Assembly: GCA_050296515.1 (NCBI GenBank)
Contig: JBNKRJ010000051.1
Location: forward strand, 51,192-115,191
Direction: 5' to 3'
DNA: 64,000 nucleotides
From: Bacteroidales bacterium
GTDB taxonomy: Bacteria; Bacteroidota; Bacteroidia; Bacteroidales; NBLH01
Each line of letters opens with the position of its first letter. Position 1 is the stretch's first letter. Below, in pieces: positions 19,654 to 30,725 of the stretch. The notes under the pieces are model-generated. The model was not told where the DNA came from. It made no database searches and was given only the letters and a program-made list of their open reading frames with translations. Made by a program: the position numbers and the translations under genes.

Positions 19654-21189
19654 TCAAACCACCTGATGCTCAGGCCTCAACAAATCATTTACTGTTTTTA
19701 CCGGATTAAAAGTAATTAAGTCAACTTCTACGAACAAAGTATTCCAATCCGACATGGCACCGTTCCATAAACCTGGCAATTCAAGAGCCTTCAGGTCTTT
19801 TCCGTCTTTGGATTTCTTTGAAATAAAACCAGTTGCAGGATCTACAAACTTTGTTAAATCAAACTTATCACCTTTGTAATCTTTAACCGCACATACCAGG
19901 TCTACCGGATTAAAGTGACTTGAATTCTTAAGAATAGCAACCTTTTCAGGATTATTCATATCAATTTGTGAACCTTCAACTATTTGTAAGGATGAACTTC
20001 CATCAGGATTTACTGCCCAAAATGGTCCCCCGCCAGGTTCACCTTCGTTTTTGACCATTCCACAAACCCTTAATGGCCTGTTAAGCTTGTTTTTCAAATA
20101 GCTGATTTTCTCTTCGAATGAATATGCTGAATATGATGAAGGTGGTTCAACGCAAAGCTTTTGTTCTATAAAATCTTCTATTTCAGAAATATAATGATCT
20201 GTTATTTTAGATCCATTTTCAAGTTTATCCATGTAATTAAATATAATGCCCTGACAATCGAACAAGAGTCCTGCTAAAGCTTTTTTATAATTAATGGTTT
20301 GCTGCTTTAATTGGTCAGGAACAACATTATCTATGTTTTTCACAAAAATTACATCAGCATTGATTTCATTCAGGTTTTTAATAAGGGCACCATGTCCACC
20401 AGGCCTGAAAAGAATAGAACCATCTGAATTTCTGAAAGGCTGATTCTCTAAATCTACAGCCAGTGTGTCGGTAGAAGGCTTTTGAATAGAATATTCAACA
20501 TAAAAAGATAGTTCAAATTGTGCTTCTAAAACGCCCTTAACCTCTTCTACATGCTCTTTAAAAGCACTCATGTGTTCTGGAGAAACTGTGAAATGCAAAT
20601 AAGCTTCGTTCCCAGATGCAGCATACAAGGCAGCCTCCACCAGGTGTTCCTGGATTGGTGTTTTTGCACCGGTTGGGTATTTATGAAATTTTAATAAGCC
20701 TTTGGGTAACTTACCATAATTCAATCCTTCTTCACTCAAAAGCCCCCTTATAATGTCCTGATAATCAGTAATTTTTAAATCATCAAAATTAACATGTTTT
20801 AGAAGAGCATGATTCTTTAAATCGTTGTAAAATGCAAATTTTGGCAAATTTTTAATGAATGAAGCCACAGAATTAAAGCTTTCATCTTTTAATAGTTCCT
20901 CTTTGTTTTCAGCATCCAAAAACTCAAACAAGGTTTTAAACATCCTGGAAGCCGCACCTGAAGCTGGAACAAACTTTACAATCTTTTTATTTCGATAATC
21001 ATAATTATATTTTCTGATTTTCTTCTCAAGCTCCTGTTCTGCCATTCTAACCAGCCCATCACCAGCCAGAGCAGGTCTTTGTATATTCATAAAATCAAAG
21101 CCATTTGCAAAATTATTAACCTGATTTTCAGCTTGTTTAGTATTAATCCCCTTATTTTCAAGTTGCTTGATATCATTTTCAGTCCACAT
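19654..21189 (-). CDS. DUF4301 family protein
   Basis: VKFVPASGAASRMFK, LPKGLL.FH, RPGGHGAL, KNIDNV, GEPGGGPFW, HFNPVDL, ELPGLWNGAM. Confidence 0.9.
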   Translation of the reverse strand: MWTENDIKQLENKGINTKQAENQVNNFANGFDFMNIQRPALAGDGLVRMAEQELEKKIRKYNYDYRNKKIVKFVPASGAASRMFKTLFEFLDAENKEELLKDESFNSVASFIKNLPKFAFYNDLKNHALLKHVNFDDLKITDYQDIIRGLLSEEGLNYGKLPKGLLKFHKYPTGAKTPIQEHLVEAALYAASGNEAYLHFTVSPEHMSAFKEHVEEVKGVLEAQFELSFYVEYSIQKPSTDTLAVDLENQPFRNSDGSILFRPGGHGALIKNLNEINADVIFVKNIDNVVPDQLKQQTINYKKALAGLLFDCQGIIFNYMDKLENGSKITDHYISEIEDFIEQKLCVEPPSSYSAYSFEEKISYLKNKLNRPLRVCGMVKNEGEPGGGPFWAVNPDGSSSLQIVEGSQIDMNNPEKVAILKNSSHFNPVDLVCAVKDYKGDKFDLTKFVDPATGFISKKSKDGKDLKALELPGLWNGAMSDWNTLFVEVDLITFNPVKTVNDLLRPEHQVV

Positions 21190-21369
21190 AATTATTCTTT
21201 ATTTTACAGTTTGGTTATTTGGTAGGTAAAAATACAATAATGTTGATTGTTTTAAGAATTAAATGAGCAAAATATAAGGATTTCATTACCCCCCCCAAAA
21301 AAAATGCGCATACAGCATAGCCATACACGCAAATTATAATATCTCATTAGATTACAAAATAATCAATAA

Positions 21370-21636
21370 TTATCTTGAAATTTCGTCTTTTGAGGTGATA
21401 TTTTTTAAGCTGTCAAAGTCAGCTTCTGCATTAATTTTCACCCATTTTTCATCAGCCTCGTCATCTGGAAGGATAGCCTCAACCGGACATTCTGCTTCGC
21501 AAGCAGCACAGTCAGTACATTCATCAGGATTGATAACCAACATATCATCCAATTCGAAGAAACAGTCAACAGGACATACTTCAACGCAATCTCCGTGCTT
21601 ATTACCTTTACAGGCTTCAGTTACTACTCTTGGCAT
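21370..21636 (-). CDS. Ferredoxin, 7Fe (FdxA-like) type
   Basis: [17 protein letters not shown] and [12 protein letters not shown] cysteine sets. Confidence 0.9.
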   Translation of the reverse strand: MPRVVTEACKGNKHGDCVEVCPVDCFFELDDMLVINPDECTDCAACEAECPVEAILPDDEADEKWVKINAEADFDSLKNITSKDEISR

Positions 21637-21775
21637 AGTTTTAAGATTTTTAAAAGTTAAAATTCTGTTTATTAGATAATTAATTTTAAGTTTAAAAAAA
21701 CAGACAAAGACATCTGCTTTTTAAAAACACTAAAATAATACAATTATTTATTTATTCTATGGTAATAATTCCAAA

Positions 21776-22501
21776 TTATTCAAACTTGGTCCTTATAGTA
21801 TTCCTGAATCGCTCAGAATAGTTTTCATCAATCAATGAAGCACTTATTCTTACCAATACCTTATCTTTCTCTTGATTTTCAATAACAACCAAAGGCTCAT
21901 GCTTTAAATTAGTCCATGGCAATTGCAAGATATAATTTCTGACCATTTTAAGGCTACCAGTATTTTGAAACTCTTTAGATAAATTTATTGTAAAACTTGT
22001 ATTCGCACTTAGATCAGTCAACCCGGTTTTTATAACCTGCTTTGTAAACAGTTTGCTATAAGAAACATTAATCGTATGTAATGGACTTATTTCCAATATA
22101 GCATTGCGACTGCTAAGCTTAATAATTTTCCCAGCCTGCCCTTCAATTTCAATAACTTCATTCACTTTATAAGAGTCATTCCACTTCAGATAAAGCCCTG
22201 CAACATAATCCTTTACAACAAACCAGGCGATCCAGCCAATCACAACAAACAGGATAATTGCCAGTGCGCCAGCTATAACGGTATTATTTTCAGAAAAATA
22301 TTTTATCGATTCAAATACGTAAAAAACCCATGTAATGAATTCAAGAAAATAAATAAATTTTCTAAGGGTTTTCTTATAATTTTGTTTAATTACAAAACGC
22401 TTATTCAGATAATGGAATAACCTGAATATGAAATAGATAAAAAGTGCTGCAAGCAAAAATGCCTGAATGGACGGGTTATTGAAATATTGCTTGTAATTCA
22501 T
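21776..22501 (-). CDS. MscS-like mechanosensitive channel domain protein
   Basis: Three TM helices, KDYVAG, then beta domain (EVIEIEGQAGKII). Confidence 0.65.
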   Translation of the reverse strand: MNYKQYFNNPSIQAFLLAALFIYFIFRLFHYLNKRFVIKQNYKKTLRKFIYFLEFITWVFYVFESIKYFSENNTVIAGALAIILFVVIGWIAWFVVKDYVAGLYLKWNDSYKVNEVIEIEGQAGKIIKLSSRNAILEISPLHTINVSYSKLFTKQVIKTGLTDLSANTSFTINLSKEFQNTGSLKMVRNYILQLPWTNLKHEPLVVIENQEKDKVLVRISASLIDENYSERFRNTIRTKFE

Positions 22502-22560
22502 TTTTTAATTTTTATAAACAAAAATCAAAATACAATTTACAAAAAAACAAATTTTCTTAT

Positions 22561-23673
22561 CTAATTCAAATAAATAATAAAGGCAACGTCTTTTTTCGGA
22601 ACCACTCCATCGTACATATAAAACCGAATAGGTGCTATTGCTTTTACCACCTTCTTTATTCGCATAGTCTCTAAATCAAAGTACCAATCTTCGAAAAAAA
22701 TTACTGACTTAATATCTTCCCTGTAAATCTCTGTTTCGGCCATTATGGTCTTTTCTTGTGCTGTTTCAGGGTCAACATAAACCATTTCCGTAGTTTCATA
22801 TCCCAATTTTGCCTTAATCTGTTGATTGTTTAAGGGTTCTTTTGTCTTATAATTAACAACTTTTGATTTGCCAGACAATGCCCTGTCAATCAGCATATTT
22901 CTAAATCTCTGCCGTGCAAAACTATTCCAGTTAGGCGCATCCAGTTCTTCAAGAAAGAGGGCATTTTCATCATCTTTATTAAACAAAAGTTTGTTTTCAA
23001 TAGAGAACTCGTATTCAAAATGGCCTAGAAATTCCATTCGTTTTTCCACTCTTTTTAGCTTTCCCTTTTTTAGTTCAGGAAAAACAAACCACGCAGTTTT
23101 TTTATATAACCATTGTCTCAAATCATCATATTCTCTTTCGTATCTTCTGACAGGACAAAAACCCAAAACTGTTTTTGTTAGTTGAAATTCATTCTCATTA
23201 AAGATCCACTTATCAAAAAACAGTAAAGCTTTAAGACCAGCAGTATCAACAGGCTGATTTACAACCGAATTCACCAACTCTCCTTTTTCATTATTCAGCA
23301 TAATTGTATCGGATCTGCCTCCAAGGTTATCCAGTATCTTCGAAATATCAGCTTTCACAAACAATTCATCATATCGCTCAAAATACGCATTTCCATAAGG
23401 AGAATAATCCTCGTACACTGTAAAAGCTACATTTGTCATTTTCTTTACCAACTGAGCCCTAAAATTAAATTTATTTGTGAGTTCAGCTTTTTTTATTGCC
23501 TGTGAATAAAACTCTTTAGCATAACTATAACCATTAAAATAATTAGTATCAATGGCAATTACATCACTTAATACAAGATCTGGGAAAATCAGTGAATTAA
23601 CTTGTTTTTTCTTTTGAGCAAATACAGAAGAAAAGGATAAAATCAGTAGAATTAAATTTAAATATTTTAGCAT
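22561..23673 (-). CDS. GldN/PorN-like exported protein
   Basis: Signal peptide; two copies of the GldN-like motif (FFDKWIFN...KTVLGFCPVR and FFEDWYFD...KKVVKAIAPIR). Confidence 0.6.
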   Translation of the reverse strand: MLKYLNLILLILSFSSVFAQKKKQVNSLIFPDLVLSDVIAIDTNYFNGYSYAKEFYSQAIKKAELTNKFNFRAQLVKKMTNVAFTVYEDYSPYGNAYFERYDELFVKADISKILDNLGGRSDTIMLNNEKGELVNSVVNQPVDTAGLKALLFFDKWIFNENEFQLTKTVLGFCPVRRYEREYDDLRQWLYKKTAWFVFPELKKGKLKRVEKRMEFLGHFEYEFSIENKLLFNKDDENALFLEELDAPNWNSFARQRFRNMLIDRALSGKSKVVNYKTKEPLNNQQIKAKLGYETTEMVYVDPETAQEKTIMAETEIYREDIKSVIFFEDWYFDLETMRIKKVVKAIAPIRFYMYDGVVPKKDVAFIIYLN

Positions 23674-23857
23674 GACAATAAAGTGATTAATGAATTAAGT
23701 TGATTGTTAAAATTAATAAAAAAAATCAAATTCCATTAATTAAAAAACTATTGATTATCAATAGAATACATCCTTTCAATTTATAAACCTCAACAAATAA
23801 GGATGACAATAAAAAGTCATTTAACTTATCTTTACCAACCATTTTGAAAAATTAAAC

Positions 23858-25117
23858 ATGTCAACAAGATTTATAGTTTTATTAGTCATATTAGTACTCA
23901 TTGATATTTATGTTTTCAGAACCTTTGTAAACCAGTTCTCAGGATTCTCAAAACTATTAAAATACACGATTTATGGTATTTACTGGATGGTTCCATTATT
24001 CCTTGTTTCTTTCACCATTTATGGCATCAACTCAAATGGTCCCAGTCATATTCGCGAAAGCAGAGCAATACTCTATGCAATAGCATGCCTGGTATTGTTT
24101 TATATACCTAAACTACTCGTTTTAGTTTTTCAAGGTGTTGAAGATTTCAGTAAAATAGCTGCCTGGATTACCAAAAAACTTAGCCAACCAGAAAGCAGCA
24201 TCTATTCAGGTGCTGAAAAAATTTCAAGATCAGTTTTTATTGGTAGAATAGGACTAATAATCGCAAGTATTCCTTTTGCCTCAATTCTTTATGGTATTGT
24301 AAAGGGTAGATTTAATTTTACAGTTAATAAAAAAAAATTGTACTTTGATAATTTACCTGAAAAATTTGATGGTTTTAAGATAGCTCAATTCTCTGATTTT
24401 CATGCAGGTAGTTTAATTGGTCAACAAGAGAATTTCAAAAAAGCCATTCAACTTATAAACAGCCAACAAGCAGATATAATTGTTTTTACCGGTGACATGG
24501 TCAATAGCAGGGCAGATGAATTAGATGATTGGTTAAGCGTTTTATCAGAGTTAAAGGCAAAACTAGGAAAATTCTCCATTTTAGGAAATCATGACTATGG
24601 TGACTATTACCAATGGGATACGCAAGATGAAAAGGTTGCCAACCTGCAAAAACTCAAAGACTATCATAAGCAATTAGGATTCAAGCTGATGCTAAATGAA
24701 AATCATATATTTGAAAAAGATGATGAAAAAATTGCATTATTAGGAGTTGAGAATTGGGGTAAAAAGCCCTTTCCCCAGCTTGGCAGGCTTGATGAAGCAA
24801 TGAAAAACACCGACGATATCCCTTTTAAGGTTCTATTATCGCACGATCCCAGCCACTGGGACGAAGAAGTTCTTGGCAAAACTGATGTAGATTTAACACT
24901 TTCCGGGCATACTCATGGAATGCAACTTGCAATTAATGTTGCCGGATACAGCTGGAGTCCTGTAAGTATGCGTTACCCACGGTGGAAAGGATTGTATACC
25001 GAAAATAATCAACATTTATACGTAAACATTGGTCTGGGATATATAGGTTTTCCAGGCCGTGTTGGAACAAATCCCGAAATCACCGTAATTGAACTAAAAA
25101 AGAATAATGTCGCATAA
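23858..25117 (+). CDS. Membrane-anchored metallophosphoesterase (YkuE/YaeI-like)
   Basis: N-terminal TMs; SDFH, TGDMVN, LGNHDYG, SHDP, LSGHTHG. Confidence 0.9.
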   Translation: MSTRFIVLLVILVLIDIYVFRTFVNQFSGFSKLLKYTIYGIYWMVPLFLVSFTIYGINSNGPSHIRESRAILYAIACLVLFYIPKLLVLVFQGVEDFSKIAAWITKKLSQPESSIYSGAEKISRSVFIGRIGLIIASIPFASILYGIVKGRFNFTVNKKKLYFDNLPEKFDGFKIAQFSDFHAGSLIGQQENFKKAIQLINSQQADIIVFTGDMVNSRADELDDWLSVLSELKAKLGKFSILGNHDYGDYYQWDTQDEKVANLQKLKDYHKQLGFKLMLNENHIFEKDDEKIALLGVENWGKKPFPQLGRLDEAMKNTDDIPFKVLLSHDPSHWDEEVLGKTDVDLTLSGHTHGMQLAINVAGYSWSPVSMRYPRWKGLYTENNQHLYVNIGLGYIGFPGRVGTNPEITVIELKKNNVA

Positions 25118-25745
25118 ACATCAACACGAATCAAAAACCATGTGGGTGGTAATTTTAACTGCTATCACAATGGTTGTAGAAATAACTTATGGAATCACCA
25201 CAAAATCAATGGCCCTTCTCGCAGATGGTATTCATATGGGCTCACATGTTCTGGCAATTGGATTGAGCTGGGTAGCCTATATTGCTGTAAGAAAGGTAGA
25301 TAAAAGCAAAAAATTCGATGGTGACCCTGATAAAATACTCTCCCTTTCAGGCTATAGCAGTGGTTTAATACTTCTTATTTTTGCATTTGTTATACTAGCC
25401 GAGGCAGTTGAGCGCTTTATCAATCCTATTGAAATTATTTACCGGGAAGCTATTTTTGTAGCCATAATCGGACTGGTTGTAAACATTGTCAGCGCTTTCT
25501 TACTTCATCATGATCATAACCACTCTGATCACAACATTCGAGCGGCTTACCTGCATGTTATTGCAGATGCACTAACCAGCCTGTCAGCAATTTTAGGACT
25601 TGTTGCTGCTATGATTTGGAACATCCCTTTTATTGATACCATTGCCGCCATTATTAGCTCATTTGTTATTATAAAATGGTCAATTAGTCTACTGAAAGAT
25701 TCAGGAAAAGCTTTGCTAGATATAAAAATAAATGATAAAGAATAG
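25107..25745 (+). CDS. Cation diffusion facilitator (DmeF-like) metal efflux transporter
   Basis: SMALLADGIHMGSH, His-rich loop, NIRAAYLHVIADALTS. Confidence 0.88.
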   Translation: MSHKHQHESKTMWVVILTAITMVVEITYGITTKSMALLADGIHMGSHVLAIGLSWVAYIAVRKVDKSKKFDGDPDKILSLSGYSSGLILLIFAFVILAEAVERFINPIEIIYREAIFVAIIGLVVNIVSAFLLHHDHNHSDHNIRAAYLHVIADALTSLSAILGLVAAMIWNIPFIDTIAAIISSFVIIKWSISLLKDSGKALLDIKINDKE

Positions 25746-25797
25746 AGACTTTTACTTTCTAGTAAACTGAAATCAACTTTTTTATACATTTGCAGCT

Positions 25798-28224
25798 ATG
25801 CAAAAATTTATTTTAACCATATTGCTAAGTTTATTCATTAACCAATTCTTAGCCCAAACCAGCTGGACAGTATACGGTACAGTAAAAGATTCCACAGGAA
25901 AATCAATTGAATTAGTAAATGTTAAAGTTTTAAATTCAAACAATGGAACTGTCAGCAATAAAAATGGCGAATATTCTCTCAACATAAAAGGTGAAAAAGA
26001 TATAATTCTTCAATTTTCAAGAATAAACTTCTCCAACAGAGAATTTGCCTTAAGTTATAAATCACAACCTGTTAAAATTGATGTTGTATTAACTCCTAAA
26101 GATGAGGAACTCTCAGAAGTCAAAATCATTGACCAAAAGGCCAAGGAAAAAGGGTTAACACACATTGAGCCCAAGCTTCTTGATAATATACCAAACATCT
26201 CCGGTGATAAAATTCAGACATTTATTAAAACACTTCCAGGTGTTGCTTCAGCAAATGAGTTAAGCTCAACCTATTCTGTTCGGGGTGGCAACTTCGATGA
26301 AAACCTAGTGTATATAAATGGTTTTGAAGTGTTTAGACCAGTTCTTTTGCAAAGTGGACAACAGGAAGGCCTAAATATGGCAAACCCTGATTTGGTTTCC
26401 AACATTGAATTTTCAGCTGGGGGTTTTAGTGCCAAATACGATGATAAAATGTCGTCAGTATTGGATATCAAGTACAAAAAACCAAGAGCGTTTGGCGCCA
26501 GTGCCAGTGTAAGCATGCTGGGCGCATCAGGGCATATTGAAGGGAGTCATTTTAACAAGAAATTTACTCATCTAACGGGAATCCGGTACAAAAATTCACA
26601 ATACCTGCTAAGCAGCCTTGAAACAAAGGGTGAATACAAACCAAACTTTCTTGATTTTCAGACAAATCTTGGATATCAAATAAATAATAATCTAAGTATC
26701 AATTTATTAGGATATTATGCAAACAACAACTATTTGTTTTTGCCGGAAGACAGGAGCACTTCGTTTGGAACCACCAATGAGCCTTTAAACCTCTATATTG
26801 ATTTTGAAGGGAATGAAAAGGACCAGTTTACCTCGTTAATGGCAGGTTTGAGTCTTGAATACAGGCCTTCAGAAAACATGGGTTTGATATTATCAGGCTC
26901 TGGTTATGATAATAGCGAATCATTGACTTACGACATCCAGGGAAGGTATTCGCTGAATCAACTTGATAAAGAATTAGGCTCGTCAACCTTTGGCGATAGT
27001 ATTTTAAACCTGGGCATTGGTAGTTTTATTGACCATGCAAGAAGCTATTTTGATGCAAATATTTACAATATAAAACACTCAGGCTGGCTTCAAAAAGGCA
27101 ATCATTTTATTCAATGGGGTGCAAAATATCAAATTGAACAGGTTGAAGACAGGATAAATGAGTGGAAAATGATTGATTCTGCTGGATTTGCTGTCCCTTA
27201 CACAAATGAAGAAATACGTTTGTCAGAATATTGGAGCTCTCAAAACAGTTTAAATTCAAACAGGTACAGTGGTTACTTGCAGGCCAACTATAAAAGTGAT
27301 GGTGACATATTATGGAACATTGAATATGGAGCTCGCCTCAGCTGGTGGGATGTAAACGAGGAGCTATTGTTTAGTCCGCGAGTATCACTTGGTTGGTATC
27401 CCAGCGAAAACAAAAAATTGTATTTCCGATTGGGTGGCGGAATTTACTATCAGTCAGTATTTTACAGAGAAATCATCGACAGGCAGGGAGATATTCACAA
27501 GGATACACCTACCCCCTACTCCATTCAATATACTGCCTCTGGAGATTATGACTTTAAAATGTTCGAAAGACCATTTCATTTGAAAACAGAAATCTATTAT
27601 AAAGATCTAAAACAAATAATTCCATATAGTGTTGACAACATTAGGCTGATTTATTATCCGGAAAAAAAAGCAAACGGATATTCCGCAGGAATTGACTTTA
27701 GAGTAAACGGGGAATTTGTAAAAGGAACCGATTCATGGTTAAGTTTATCTTTAATGAAATCTGGAATTGATATAAAAGGTGAAGAATATGGAACTCAGCC
27801 CTTACCAACTGATCACCTTGTAAATATCAGTCTTTTCTTCCAGGATTATGTACCTGGAAATAAAAGATTTAGAATGTATCTGGCATTATTCTATTTAAGT
27901 GGTTTACCATTTGGCCCTCCAAACAACGAAACATACTATGCTCCATTAAGAATGCAGGATTACAAACGAGTTGATATTGGTTTTTCTGTGGATTTGAAGG
28001 ACAAACAGAAAGTTTACAACTCAGCAGTTATTAGGGCATTTAAAGACATAACCTTAAATTTAGAAATATTCAACCTGCTTGGCATAAGTAATACAGTATC
28101 GTACAACTGGGTGACTGTTGTTCCTAATTCAGCAATTTTTGGCAGCAACATCCACAATAACTTTGCTGTTCCTAACCGATTAAGTGCCAGAAGGTTTAAC
28201 CTAAAGCTACTAGTATCTTTTTAA
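25798..28224 (+). CDS. TonB-dependent receptor with N-terminal carboxypeptidase-regulatory-like domain
   Basis: GTVKD...NGEYSL, LSEVKII, plug SVRGGNFDEN, GGFSAKYDDKMSSVLDI, C-terminal Phe. Confidence 0.88.
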   Translation: MQKFILTILLSLFINQFLAQTSWTVYGTVKDSTGKSIELVNVKVLNSNNGTVSNKNGEYSLNIKGEKDIILQFSRINFSNREFALSYKSQPVKIDVVLTPKDEELSEVKIIDQKAKEKGLTHIEPKLLDNIPNISGDKIQTFIKTLPGVASANELSSTYSVRGGNFDENLVYINGFEVFRPVLLQSGQQEGLNMANPDLVSNIEFSAGGFSAKYDDKMSSVLDIKYKKPRAFGASASVSMLGASGHIEGSHFNKKFTHLTGIRYKNSQYLLSSLETKGEYKPNFLDFQTNLGYQINNNLSINLLGYYANNNYLFLPEDRSTSFGTTNEPLNLYIDFEGNEKDQFTSLMAGLSLEYRPSENMGLILSGSGYDNSESLTYDIQGRYSLNQLDKELGSSTFGDSILNLGIGSFIDHARSYFDANIYNIKHSGWLQKGNHFIQWGAKYQIEQVEDRINEWKMIDSAGFAVPYTNEEIRLSEYWSSQNSLNSNRYSGYLQANYKSDGDILWNIEYGARLSWWDVNEELLFSPRVSLGWYPSENKKLYFRLGGGIYYQSVFYREIIDRQGDIHKDTPTPYSIQYTASGDYDFKMFERPFHLKTEIYYKDLKQIIPYSVDNIRLIYYPEKKANGYSAGIDFRVNGEFVKGTDSWLSLSLMKSGIDIKGEEYGTQPLPTDHLVNISLFFQDYVPGNKRFRMYLALFYLSGLPFGPPNNETYYAPLRMQDYKRVDIGFSVDLKDKQKVYNSAVIRAFKDITLNLEIFNLLGISNTVSYNWVTVVPNSAIFGSNIHNNFAVPNRLSARRFNLKLLVSF

Positions 28225-28259
28225 CTTTATGAACCTTTTACTTTAACTTTATAAACTTA

Positions 28260-30725
28260 CTAAACTTTAATCTGATTGTTTATTGCATGGTAAACTTCTT
28301 CAGTTAGAGTATCATGCGTGTATTGTTGCGGATAAACAGCCTGTAAGAAGTTTACTTCTACCCTTGAAAACAATTTAGGTATCTTTTTCCCTGATGGAAG
28401 TGCTTTATATGCCCCGTTAATAGCAACAGGAACAACTGGTATATTTAGTTCTTTGCTTAATATTGCAAACATTTTTTTAAATTCACCCACTTTCCCATTT
28501 TTTGTTCGGGTTCCTTCGGGGAAAATAATCAGATTTTTTCCTTTTCGTAAAACCTCAGCCATTTTCTGAATAGACTCTTGTAACCCTTTATTCAAATCAA
28601 CCACAATCACATTATTTCTTTTTGCTAAAAAGTTCATAAACCAGTTGTTCACATGTTTCTTTTTCGCATAAAAATAGGTTGATTTCATAGTCTTCCTTCG
28701 TAAGAATGAAGCAACAAAGAGACCATCAAAAAAACTTTGATGATTTGGAGCAATTATACAAGGCCCCTCTGGTAAGTTTTTATGACCAGTTCCTTTAAAC
28801 CTAAAATACAATTTAAAGAAAACCTTAGATGCACTTTTAATAATAGATATCGTAGGCCATGATTTTGGAAGTTGCAGGTTTACTTTCTCCTTCAATGTCT
28901 CTGTCCAATTTGTCGATTCCAGCTTTTGCCAAAGCTTGTTATTTTTTATGTGTTCAACCATTTGCCTTACCGAAGGAAAGCTTAGCAAGCTTTCTTCTTC
29001 CAGCTTTACTCCAAAAGTTCTTTCAATAAAATCAATTAAACTCAATTTACCCAGGGAGTCTAAAGCAATGTCGTATTCAATATGATCGTCAGGAGAAATT
29101 TCTGTATCAACCTCACTTTCAATAAATTGTCTCACCAATTGATATTCTTCCGAATCTGGATGTTCAATCTTCTTTGCACTCTCATTTGAAAGATTTTCTA
29201 TCAATTCAGCCAGTTTAAAACGTTGAATTTTGCCAAGTTTTGTTCTAGGAAGTTCTTGTTTAACCAATGTAAATTGCATAATTCGTTTATAAGAGCTAAG
29301 TTCTTTATTAAACTCAGGAAGAATTTTCTCTTTGAAATAAACTCGTGGCTCTTCAATTCCCTGCTCCGAAAGAAACTTAAAATCAGGAATAATTACAGCA
29401 TGCAATTGATTGTGATACATAAAAACAGCTGCTTCCTTAACAGCTTCAATTTTATTTTCAAGCTTCATTTCAATTTCTACCGGGCTGATATTCTTACCAT
29501 TAGCAAGTACAATAATATCCTTTTTTCTACCTGTGATGTGCAAAAATCCATTTTTATCAAAATGTCCAAGGTCGCCAGTATATAGCCATCCACCTTTCAG
29601 AGTTTCAGCTGTTTCTTCCGGTTTATTGTAATACCCTTGCATAATATTTTTACCCCGGGCAACAATTTCACCATCCCTGATTTCGATATCAATTCCGGGC
29701 AATGCTTGTCCTGGTGAGCCTTTCAATACCTTACCTGGCCTTGTAAATGTAATCATAGGAGCAGCTTCCGTCATCCCATAACCTTCTAATACTTCAAAAC
29801 CAAGCACTTTATAAAAACTGCCAACCTCCTTATTTAGGGCAGCTCCTCCACATACCATAAAATCAATATTGCCACCCAAACCATCATGGACCTTCTTAAA
29901 GATTTTTTTTGCAAAAGCTCTGCTTCCGGAAATCTTGACCAGGTTATAAAAAAGCCTGCCAATAAAACTTGCAAATATTTTCGCCTTTAACCCATTGTAT
30001 ATCAACTCATAAAGTCGAGGAACTCCAATAATTATATTTACCTTATTGTTCTTTAAGGTCTCCATTAAATCAGGCGATTGCATAGATGGAGACATTACAA
30101 CTGTTCCACCCACAAACAAAGGTGCCATCATAGAACCTACCAAAGGGAAAATATGATGCATTGGCAATAGCATCAAAGCTTCTCTGTCACTTGTAAATAT
30201 TTCAACATCAGCAGTAACAGCTCTAATATTTGCCATTAAATTAGCAAAAGAAAGCATTACCCCTTTAGGTTTTCCAGTAGTTCCTGAAGTATAAATAATT
30301 ACTGCTGTTTTTTCTTTATCAGAAGGAAAATCAATCTCATTTAGTCCAGATGGATTGTTTTGCATTTCAATCTCCTCAAAGAGAATAGATTCAATTCCAA
30401 AATTCAGATTCTGATTTGCCTTTTTTAATTGTGCCTGGAGTTCTTTACTGGTAAAAACAACACTGGGTTTGCAATCATTCAAAATGTAGCTAACATCATC
30501 AACTGATGCACCTGAATCAATAGGAACAACAGTACAATTATTTAACCATGCAGCATAAAATGCATAAATCCATTCCAACCTGTTTTCTGAATAAATAGCA
30601 ACTATTGAGTCCTTTACAGGAATAAAATTTGAGAATTCATTTATGAGCTGAGTCAATTGATTATAAGAAATCTTTAAATCTTTATAAATTAACGCAACTT
30701 TCTCAGGAAAACCTCTATATATCAT
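28260..30725 (-). CDS. Long-chain acyl-CoA synthetase-ACP-PlsC acyltransferase fusion
   Basis: IYTSGTTGKPKG, EGYGMTE, TGDLG; LDSLG phosphopantetheine site; NHQSFFD and FPEGTRT acyltransferase motifs. Confidence 0.9.
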   Translation of the reverse strand: MIYRGFPEKVALIYKDLKISYNQLTQLINEFSNFIPVKDSIVAIYSENRLEWIYAFYAAWLNNCTVVPIDSGASVDDVSYILNDCKPSVVFTSKELQAQLKKANQNLNFGIESILFEEIEMQNNPSGLNEIDFPSDKEKTAVIIYTSGTTGKPKGVMLSFANLMANIRAVTADVEIFTSDREALMLLPMHHIFPLVGSMMAPLFVGGTVVMSPSMQSPDLMETLKNNKVNIIIGVPRLYELIYNGLKAKIFASFIGRLFYNLVKISGSRAFAKKIFKKVHDGLGGNIDFMVCGGAALNKEVGSFYKVLGFEVLEGYGMTEAAPMITFTRPGKVLKGSPGQALPGIDIEIRDGEIVARGKNIMQGYYNKPEETAETLKGGWLYTGDLGHFDKNGFLHITGRKKDIIVLANGKNISPVEIEMKLENKIEAVKEAAVFMYHNQLHAVIIPDFKFLSEQGIEEPRVYFKEKILPEFNKELSSYKRIMQFTLVKQELPRTKLGKIQRFKLAELIENLSNESAKKIEHPDSEEYQLVRQFIESEVDTEISPDDHIEYDIALDSLGKLSLIDFIERTFGVKLEEESLLSFPSVRQMVEHIKNNKLWQKLESTNWTETLKEKVNLQLPKSWPTISIIKSASKVFFKLYFRFKGTGHKNLPEGPCIIAPNHQSFFDGLFVASFLRRKTMKSTYFYAKKKHVNNWFMNFLAKRNNVIVVDLNKGLQESIQKMAEVLRKGKNLIIFPEGTRTKNGKVGEFKKMFAILSKELNIPVVPVAINGAYKALPSGKKIPKLFSRVEVNFLQAVYPQQYTHDTLTEEVYHAINNQIKV

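Noticed and set aside
21289..21304. C8-A8 homopolymer as a phase-variation switch
   Set aside because: It is intergenic and reads as the T-tract of a likely ferredoxin terminator on the minus strand; nothing shows it lies within promoter spacing.
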